IMG/VR virus record: IMGVR_UViG_3300010347_002943 | Strand: one strand, 5' to 3' | Length of the DNA stretch: 21,315 nucleotides | From: a virus | Shown: in pieces, positions 14,860 through 21,315 of the stretch | Position numbering within the stretch: the first letter of the stretch is position 1 | How the letters are laid out: every line of letters begins with the position of its first letter | The notes under the pieces: generated by a model | What the model was told of the DNA's origin: nothing | Databases searched by the model: none | What the model saw: only the letters and a program-made list of their open reading frames with translations | Translations under genes and position numbers: made by a program

Positions 14860-17051
14860 TAGAGATCGCTGTAACCAATCCGGATGGCGCGGTCATTATG
14901 CCATCACTTATCGATCCGCCTGCGTGTGATGAGTACATGGACAAGCCCAAGAGGATCACCGCGAAAATCGAGAAGCTCAGCGGTATCGACCCACGCGGAA
15001 CTGCGAAAGCGACTTTCCGGGGAAAGATCGTTCTCCTCGGGCACATCAAGCAGCTCGACCAGAGCAAGACTGAATACGATACTCTGATCCTGGATTCAGC
15101 GGAAGCCCTCCTGGAGGCCCGGATAGGGGCTTTCTACAGGTTTTCGGCGGGAACCACCTTGAATGCTATGGTTCAGAAGCTCATCGACATGGCAAATAGC
15201 TTGGTCCCCAGGGGCTCCTTTGTCCAGCATTCCGGGCACGTATACAAATGGGCTGGAAGAGGGACAACTTCTCATTTGGGAGCTATCAACCAGCTCTTTC
15301 AGGATGATGTGCTTCTCACCAAAGCCTCTGGCATCCCATCATCTCCAGGGACATGGTATCAATCCTCCACCGATCTCTATTTGTGGACTACCGATAGCAA
15401 GAGCCCTGATTACCATCCAATATTCATCCCATATTTCAAGGATACCATGCTGAGGTTGGGCACCCTGGAGGGCGGGGATAGGACTTTTCCCGTATGCTTC
15501 GAGGTAGGCGAGACCGATATTTTCTTAACTCTCAAGTCACTGATATTGGCCGGGGGGCTGGAGTACCAAATCAGATATGGAAAAGATGATTTGGCCTATA
15601 TCGATGGTAAAACCATCATCGGCAAGGGAAGCGAAACTTCCCCGACTACCACCTATACAGAGGGAGAAAATGCCGAGATATCTGTTGATATCATCGATGA
15701 CCTGGGAGAGATCCAGGCCCTCATAGGGCAAGGGGCTGGCAACGGCATCACCAGACAGGCCGCCGCGGCTATGGGGCAAACCACAGCACCGGGGGTATGG
15801 AGAGAAGCGATCTTTCAGGCTCCTGGCCTTTATGGTGCCATGCTGAGGACGGCCACAGAAAAAGCTTTCCAGGATTATGCTGATCCCACAATATATAATA
15901 TTAGGGCTATAGATCAGGATTGGGCCCAATCCGTAGGGAATTATGTAGAAATCCGCCGCAATCGACATATGCCGATAGTTCGGAGGATCAAACATATCCA
16001 GATGAAACCAGATGGTTCCATGCTCCTGGAGGTGGGCCAAAGGCTTCGGACCATCAAAGAACTCCTTCGGGCAGGGGATGAGATCCACAGGAAGCTTTCC
16101 AGCTTTTACGGCACTCACAACAAGAATGCATGGAGCTGGGGGATAGACTCCCAGAATATAGACAGCGTCACTCCCTTAACAATCTCGTTCGATCTGAAGA
16201 GCTCGGAGGAGAACGGCGAGATAGATCCAAACTTCCCCTATCAGGTACTCCTCAGCGTCCGGCTGGATTGGTACAAGTCTTCGGTGAAATCCGCCACGGT
16301 AAGCGGACTCCCTCACGGGTCAGTAGGTAATCACACGGGCTATGGAGGAGGGGAAACCTCTGATGAGGAGATGACCGCCCATAGCGTGCCCGGAACCACG
16401 AGCATGCAAACCGCGGCGCTGGTGCTTTTAGCCGGCGCCTGGCACACGCACTCATTTACGGGATATAATGACACATTCGTAGGAGAATTTGCTGGGACTG
16501 CGTGGGGTGAGACCATCGAACTCAATCCGGACTTTTTTGAGGGGGAATGCTTTGGTGATTGTTATGTAAATGCGTATATTCGGGGGGGTGATACGGGGGT
16601 AGAGAACGACCCATATCCCGCTGCCATTCCAGACCAACACCATGTGCATGGCATTCCATCAAGATATACACAAGCCGCAGGATATCAATCTCATACCGAA
16701 TCCATAGAGTCTGCCAAAACGCGGGCCGGCTCTGCGCAGCATGCAGACCAAACCCTAGACGACGCTACAGAAAAGATGGAGTTCCTGGTTAACCAGCTTT
16801 CGACAGGCTCGCCAGCTCTATTAGTCTTATCAATTAAGTGCAACGGCGTGCACGTTCCCGGCTCTCCCTTTGATGGTGGGACAGGGCTTTATGTGGGCGA
16901 TCGTTTGGATAATATAGATATATCCAGCCTGGTAGGCATTGGCTCGACAAACACACTGGTTTTTGAGCTGTCAGAATATGGAGGGGCTGCCCTGGTGAGA
17001 TGTGCATTGGCAGGTAATATTAATGTGTCTGCTATAATATCAGCGTTCTAA
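14856..17051 (+). CDS. Tail-tip hub (Tal/gp27-like) protein with C-terminal extension containing HxH motifs, ~731 aa
   Basis: GTGA overlap at 14856 (GTG14844 is an alternative start). Hub-like GLEYQIRY, IG.G.G.G and VG..V.I...IK.I..K..G...LEVG motifs; WHTHSF and HHVHGI near the C-terminus. Confidence 0.7.
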   Translation: MIEIAVTNPDGAVIMPSLIDPPACDEYMDKPKRITAKIEKLSGIDPRGTAKATFRGKIVLLGHIKQLDQSKTEYDTLILDSAEALLEARIGAFYRFSAGTTLNAMVQKLIDMANSLVPRGSFVQHSGHVYKWAGRGTTSHLGAINQLFQDDVLLTKASGIPSSPGTWYQSSTDLYLWTTDSKSPDYHPIFIPYFKDTMLRLGTLEGGDRTFPVCFEVGETDIFLTLKSLILAGGLEYQIRYGKDDLAYIDGKTIIGKGSETSPTTTYTEGENAEISVDIIDDLGEIQALIGQGAGNGITRQAAAAMGQTTAPGVWREAIFQAPGLYGAMLRTATEKAFQDYADPTIYNIRAIDQDWAQSVGNYVEIRRNRHMPIVRRIKHIQMKPDGSMLLEVGQRLRTIKELLRAGDEIHRKLSSFYGTHNKNAWSWGIDSQNIDSVTPLTISFDLKSSEENGEIDPNFPYQVLLSVRLDWYKSSVKSATVSGLPHGSVGNHTGYGGGETSDEEMTAHSVPGTTSMQTAALVLLAGAWHTHSFTGYNDTFVGEFAGTAWGETIELNPDFFEGECFGDCYVNAYIRGGDTGVENDPYPAAIPDQHHVHGIPSRYTQAAGYQSHTESIESAKTRAGSAQHADQTLDDATEKMEFLVNQLSTGSPALLVLSIKCNGVHVPGSPFDGGTGLYVGDRLDNIDISSLVGIGSTNTLVFELSEYGGAALVRCALAGNINVSAIISAF

Positions 17052-17057
17052 AAGAGG

Positions 17058-17522
17058 TTATGGATTTATGGTGTTCCACCAATTACCATGCACATCGCTT
17101 TGAGCTTGCTGATGAAGGTCTGGCAGGCCCTCAAAGCTCAAAGTATAATCATAATGCCAGTCTTCAGGGTCCAATATTGGGGTTGCTATTCCATCATCAT
17201 AGCAGGTTTCAATAGGAACCCATCCCTGCGATGTGTTGCATAGAATAAACATATGGGCTGGATTAGGCTCTTCAGTCATAACCAATTTTGTCTCAATGCC
17301 CATATTCTCAAGTCTCCATTCTGCATGAGCTGCGATTTCTGTGCAATCAAATTTATCTTCTATATACATCGCAGAATAATTAATCTCTGAGATGATCGCA
17401 GCAATAGTATCAGGCTCCTCCACCCTGGCAGGCACATCTGAATAATAGGGCTCTGGCATAGCCCCTACTGCTATCGATATCAAACATACGACGATTGCAG
17501 TAAGTAGGATAACTTTTAGCAT
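17058..17522 (-). CDS. Secreted transglutaminase/papain-like cysteine hydrolase, 154 aa (moron-like)
   Basis: Signal peptide MLKVILLTAIVVCLISIAVGA. FDC60...AH90MFI...WVPIE105 gives a Cys-His-acid triad with transglutaminase-like spacing. TATA-like element about 23 nt upstream. Only convincing minus-strand gene. Confidence 0.7.
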   Translation of the reverse strand: MLKVILLTAIVVCLISIAVGAMPEPYYSDVPARVEEPDTIAAIISEINYSAMYIEDKFDCTEIAAHAEWRLENMGIETKLVMTEEPNPAHMFILCNTSQGWVPIETCYDDGIATPILDPEDWHYDYTLSFEGLPDLHQQAQSDVHGNWWNTINP

Positions 17523-17544
17523 ACTATTAACACACTTTCTGAGG

Positions 17545-17560
17545 ATATATAGTTTTCCCT
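17545..17560. promoter_or_regulatory. Archaeal-type BRE-TATA element between divergent genes
   Basis: Minus strand reads AGGGAAAACTATATAT, 22 nt from ATG17522. Plus strand reads TATATAG, about 23 nt from ATG17576. Confidence 0.5.
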
Positions 17561-17575
17561 TTAGTGGTGATTTGA

Positions 17576-18097
17576 ATGGATTTCGGCCTAAAAGATACAA
17601 AATTCGTCCCGGAAATAGATGAAATTCCCATCAATCCGTATCGATTGAAGAAAATAATCGCTGACTGCGAAGAATATAATTCAGATTGCAGACTGTATAA
17701 GAAATATGATAGCACTGGGGGGGAAATCCCGGCCCGCTATCGGGGGAGAAACAGATATTGGATGACGGCAGGAGAAGGGCACCATGAAATACACGGGGAT
17801 TATCCTCTGATCGCTCTCTACGACCTAGACCCAGAATCTCCAGATGGCCGCATTCTGATCTGTCGCTACAGGCCAGAGAGGCCCGCACAGAAGACCACAA
17901 CTGGCCAGGAGTTGCCCGCTGTACCTCTGCAGACATTAGCTCAAGCTGAAAAACAGATCAAGGCTGCGCGGCTGGAGGCCGAACGTCAGGAGAGGATGAG
18001 AAAGAAAGATTCTAGGTTGTCATCTGATATCAAGATCAAGATTCCTACTCTGATGGCTCCCGACGCTGCAAGGAGACGCATAGATGAGAAGTATTAG
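17576..18097 (+). CDS. Hypothetical protein, 173 aa
   Basis: SD GGTGA 5 nt before the ATG; charged C-terminal coiled coil; no recognised family. Confidence 0.7.
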   Translation: MDFGLKDTKFVPEIDEIPINPYRLKKIIADCEEYNSDCRLYKKYDSTGGEIPARYRGRNRYWMTAGEGHHEIHGDYPLIALYDLDPESPDGRILICRYRPERPAQKTTTGQELPAVPLQTLAQAEKQIKAARLEAERQERMRKKDSRLSSDIKIKIPTLMAPDAARRRIDEKY

Positions 18098-18347
18098 GGA
18101 TAGGCTGGCTGAATGGCTTTTCCCAGGGCTCAGGGAGGTTGTAGATCAGCACACCATCATGTTGGAAGCTAATTATGATATACATTGTCTCCAGCTGCCA
18201 GCCGGCCCGAAAATGTGGGAGGAGGCCATGGCTAACTGCGAAGCTCTTCATGAGGATCTGCTGGCCGGGAAGATCGATCGAAGAGGGCGGGCCATGAGTC
18301 TGATTGAAGTTCTTAAAAGAAAAGAAATTATAAAAAGGAGGGAATAG
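18084..18347 (+). CDS. Hypothetical protein, 87 aa
   Basis: Overlaps the upstream stop; its TAG abuts ATG18348; fills the gap exactly. Confidence 0.6.
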   Translation: MRSIRDRLAEWLFPGLREVVDQHTIMLEANYDIHCLQLPAGPKMWEEAMANCEALHEDLLAGKIDRRGRAMSLIEVLKRKEIIKRRE

Positions 18348-20753
18348 ATGCCAACAATGAAAACTGATGTGCTCAGAGATCACGTTTTTAGATATCCTCA
18401 TCTGGCTAGCATATTAGGGGCCCATGCGGGTAGCTACGTAGTGCAGGGCAAGGAGCCTGCCATAGTCCAGCGGGCGGCAGGGGCTAACATGAGCGTCGAC
18501 GTGGGGCCGTTCACCTATGTACTCAACGGAGTCCTGGGCTCCAAGGCCACTACGACCAATGTAGTGGTGCAGGCGTCAGAAGCTAATCCAAGGATAGATC
18601 TCCTGTACCTGGCCACCAACGGCACCCTCACAGTTCTCAAGGGCACTGCCAGGGCAATTAAGCCGGCAACCGAAAGTACATGGCAGCGATGGGAAGAGCC
18701 CTATCCGGCGGATTTCAGCTCAGTGGATGGCCTACTCCTGGCTGAGATATTGGTGCCAGCCGGCGCGACCAGCATCCTCAATGAGAATATCCGCAACATC
18801 GCAGTCCCTGCTCTTCCAGCTAACTTCGACTCAATGTGTTCTGTGGAGGTGTTTCTGAGGGGCACCGAAATCATAGCCAGAAAGTCAGACGGCACAATCA
18901 TCGATTCCGGCATCGCGGGCACGGACGACACTGATGTAATTGATTCGGCGATCATTGGATGCCCCGACGGTGGCAGTATCTGGTTTGGCCCCGGCACATA
19001 TACTCTGGAGGCGAGCGGAGGCCCCTTCTACCTCTCGGGAAATGGCACTACAAACCCATTCTATTACTGTATAGGGGTGCTCGAAGGGAAAAACATCCAC
19101 TTGTACGGCGCTGGCCCTGGCATTACTACCCTGAAGCTGGCAGCGAACCAACATTATACAGATCATGTAGTGGCCATGATCCTGAACCGCACCACAGGCG
19201 ATTCAAGCGACGGCCATACTGGCTTCACTGTCGCCAATATGACCATAGACGGCAACAAGGCAGAACAGAGCGTCCTTTACCATGATGGCGCGGGCCTGAT
19301 TCTGACGGGGAGCGTTCGCAGCAATGAGCACTATTGGAACTTGGAGCTTAAAGACTCCTTCGGATATGGATTATATATTGGAAATAACGGAAACGGACCC
19401 GCTTCATTTGTGAGAATACACGATATCTATGTGCATGGGTGTTATAAGTCTGGCATCTGCACAGACACTACCACGGACCTGACTATCGCCAATTCAGTGA
19501 TTTATGATTCATCCACCGGCTTAGAGGTGATCGGTAATACCGATTATGCCACACGTGGATATGACAATATCTCTATCACCAATGTGGTCTGCAGGAAAGC
19601 TGGCATAACCATTTGGTGCATCAACGGCCTGGTAATGACTGGCTGCAACATGGACATCACCGGTGCGACTTCCTACGGCCTGCAAATACACTGTAGCTAT
19701 AATATAGATATTGTAGGATGTAGGTTCGCTGCAAACAAAACCAGCCAATACGTCTCTTACATAGACGGGGGCGGCTACATCGCTGACGGTGTTTATAAGC
19801 AGGTCAAGCTTAGGGATTGTACGTTTGATGGGTATCAAGCTCTAAAGGTGTTCGGCTCTGCGATCCTGGAGGCGTGCAACTGCACCTTCCACGGCTATAC
19901 AGACGGCGCAAATTATGGGGCTGCCGTTCTGCTGCAGGAGGTCTCTGAGCCCGTCACAGCACAGGTCTATCTATTCGATTGTGAACTGATAGCAGAGGCC
20001 CCGAGCACCTACCTGATATACTCAGTAGCGGGCTCAAGCGTTCACCTGATGAGGTGCCGTGCTCCGAATCTGGGATCATTCGGAGGTAGTGGGAGCTTAT
20101 ATTTCAGGGATTGCTCCGGAATCGGGTTGGAAGGGTACAATTCACGGTGGAGACTGGAGACTGGCACCTTCACCGCTACACCAGCCAGCACGTCGACTCT
20201 GACGATGACGGTAGACCGATCTGCTGTCATTCCGCCGGGTACCCCACTGAAGTATATTATTGGCGGAGTTGCATACTATGGGATCGTCACGGAGATAACG
20301 GCTAACCTCCTGACCATAGCAGGAGCGCCTTTGAGTGGTACTGTAACAGCTCTATTCCTAGGCGATTCTGATATGGTAGGCCAGATAGATTACCTCATTC
20401 CCGGAGTATTCGATGCGTCGGCGAGCTCTACCCTAATCCAGACATTGCAGAAATCTTATAGTGTCTGGAGAGGGAGGCCTGCGTACCTGGTCCGGATCAG
20501 TCACAAGGCAGCGACTGCAGACTCTGGGACGGCCCCTAATGTGACGGCTACAATCGCCGGTAATGTCGTGGGAACGGATAACTCAAACACCGGTAAGGCA
20601 GTCTCTACCAGCCTCGTCTCTACCGTGGTAGGTATCAATACCACCAACTACAGAGCGAAATCAGGTGATGTAATCGAACTGAAGACCACGCAGGGCGGCA
20701 CAGGTAATGCGACATACCTGACCGTGCTTCTCACCTTCGTTTCGGAGAGCTGA
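18348..20753 (+). CDS. Tailspike/receptor-binding protein: N-terminal anchor domain, pectate-lyase-like right-handed beta-helix, C-terminal beta domains, 801 aa
   Basis: N-terminal PRIDL...GT...P...LAEILVPAGATSI anchor motif. DDT..I..AI...GGSIWFGPGTY and NIHLYGAG...TTLK beta-helix cap, followed by ~22-aa Asn/Gly/Ile-rich rungs (NMTIDGN, IHDIYVHG, ISITNVV). SD GGAGG. Confidence 0.85.
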   Translation: MPTMKTDVLRDHVFRYPHLASILGAHAGSYVVQGKEPAIVQRAAGANMSVDVGPFTYVLNGVLGSKATTTNVVVQASEANPRIDLLYLATNGTLTVLKGTARAIKPATESTWQRWEEPYPADFSSVDGLLLAEILVPAGATSILNENIRNIAVPALPANFDSMCSVEVFLRGTEIIARKSDGTIIDSGIAGTDDTDVIDSAIIGCPDGGSIWFGPGTYTLEASGGPFYLSGNGTTNPFYYCIGVLEGKNIHLYGAGPGITTLKLAANQHYTDHVVAMILNRTTGDSSDGHTGFTVANMTIDGNKAEQSVLYHDGAGLILTGSVRSNEHYWNLELKDSFGYGLYIGNNGNGPASFVRIHDIYVHGCYKSGICTDTTTDLTIANSVIYDSSTGLEVIGNTDYATRGYDNISITNVVCRKAGITIWCINGLVMTGCNMDITGATSYGLQIHCSYNIDIVGCRFAANKTSQYVSYIDGGGYIADGVYKQVKLRDCTFDGYQALKVFGSAILEACNCTFHGYTDGANYGAAVLLQEVSEPVTAQVYLFDCELIAEAPSTYLIYSVAGSSVHLMRCRAPNLGSFGGSGSLYFRDCSGIGLEGYNSRWRLETGTFTATPASTSTLTMTVDRSAVIPPGTPLKYIIGGVAYYGIVTEITANLLTIAGAPLSGTVTALFLGDSDMVGQIDYLIPGVFDASASSTLIQTLQKSYSVWRGRPAYLVRISHKAATADSGTAPNVTATIAGNVVGTDNSNTGKAVSTSLVSTVVGINTTNYRAKSGDVIELKTTQGGTGNATYLTVLLTFVSES

Positions 20754-20756
20754 GTC

Positions 20757-21315
20757 ATGATCATTATCAGAAATATACCACTGGTAAGCGGGGAATACGA
20801 AGCCGTCTACCCCCCTGCCTACTCCGATACATACGTGAAATCAACATCCAACACCTTAGGGATGTCGGCCTATCTGACGATGGACCCCAGCAAGCCCCTG
20901 GTCGGCGACGCCTACGGCAATTGTTGGATGTCGAACAATGGGAACCCCTCCAACCAGCGGTTCCATGTCGATCTCGGTATTCCAAGAATAATTAGGAAGA
21001 TCGACTACTGCAACTACCACAATGCGGGATACAATACCAGCAGGGATGTGCAGAGCTTCACCCTGCAAGGCAGTAATTCCGCGTCCGCGTTCAACACGCT
21101 GACATATGCGACGGATACGGGATGGACGGCAATAGCCAAGAGTCCAGCGTCCATGGTAAGACACGCAGAGACCTACAACGGTGTAATATGGAACACCATC
21201 ACCATTACTGATCCTTCAGTGGCATACAGGTACTATGCTCTGAAGTGTGCTTCGAATTATGGCGATACTGGGTATATGGGTATCAGGCGACTGGTGTTCT
21301 ATGAGGCGTCGTATT
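20757..21315 (+). CDS. Discoidin/F5-8 type C (galactose-binding-like) domain protein, 3'-truncated (at least 186 aa)
   Basis: Read by hand (no stop inside the window, so absent from the track): MIIIRNIPLVSGEYEAVYPP...CWMS...NQRFHVDLG...FTLQGSN...W...YRYY.L...NYG...GI..LVFY. SD-like GAGCTGA 3 nt before the ATG. Confidence 0.75.
   Translation, partial: MIIIRNIPLVSGEYEAVYPPAYSDTYVKSTSNTLGMSAYLTMDPSKPLVGDAYGNCWMSNNGNPSNQRFHVDLGIPRIIRKIDYCNYHNAGYNTSRDVQSFTLQGSNSASAFNTLTYATDTGWTAIAKSPASMVRHAETYNGVIWNTITITDPSVAYRYYALKCASNYGDTGYMGIRRLVFYEASY

Larger units (their letters stand above)
1..21315 (+). mobile_element. Structural (head-tail to tail-fibre) module of a siphovirus-type Caudoviricetes virus or provirus, probably archaeal host
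   Basis: Canonical syntenic order adaptor - closure - neck - terminator - tube - chaperones - tape measure - Dit - Tal - tailspike. No sheath gene recognised. No att site or integrase in the window, so free virus versus provirus cannot be decided. Confidence 0.93.

Noticed and set aside
16581-17723. G7 homopolymers near 16582 and 17717
   Set aside because: Both are in-frame within intact ORFs and short; no evidence for phase variation.

Overview
The whole window is the virion-morphogenesis (late) region of a tailed dsDNA virus or provirus with a long non-contractile (siphovirus-type) tail. Almost all genes are on the + strand and tightly coupled by ATGA/GTGA/TTGA overlaps. Order: head-associated and fibre-like genes, BppU-like Ig protein, head-tail adaptor, head closure, HK97 gp10-like neck protein, a Zn-ribbon/secreted/holin-like cassette, tail terminator, two paralogous tail-tube genes, tail chaperones, tape measure, two unknown genes, Dit-like, Tal/hub-like, a reverse-strand secreted Cys-His-Glu protease-like moron with two unknown ORFs, a beta-helix tailspike, and a discoidin-domain protein running off the end. 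GGTGA/GAGCTGA-type Shine-Dalgarno motifs, a BRE-TATA-like element and frequent ATA/AGG/AGA codons suggest an archaeal host, possibly a Methanomicrobia-type methanogen (inference). Main oddities: an exact 104-bp tandem duplication splitting a fibre gene; two parallel pairs of a beta-rich subunit gene plus a strictly periodic beta-strand repeat protein; probable ATT and ATA start codons; a second tail-tube paralog with a ~180-aa insertion; and a membrane-protein cassette inside the neck module. No capsid, portal, terminase, integrase, RNA gene or CRISPR array is visible. All product calls come from motif recognition and gene order, not from database searches.
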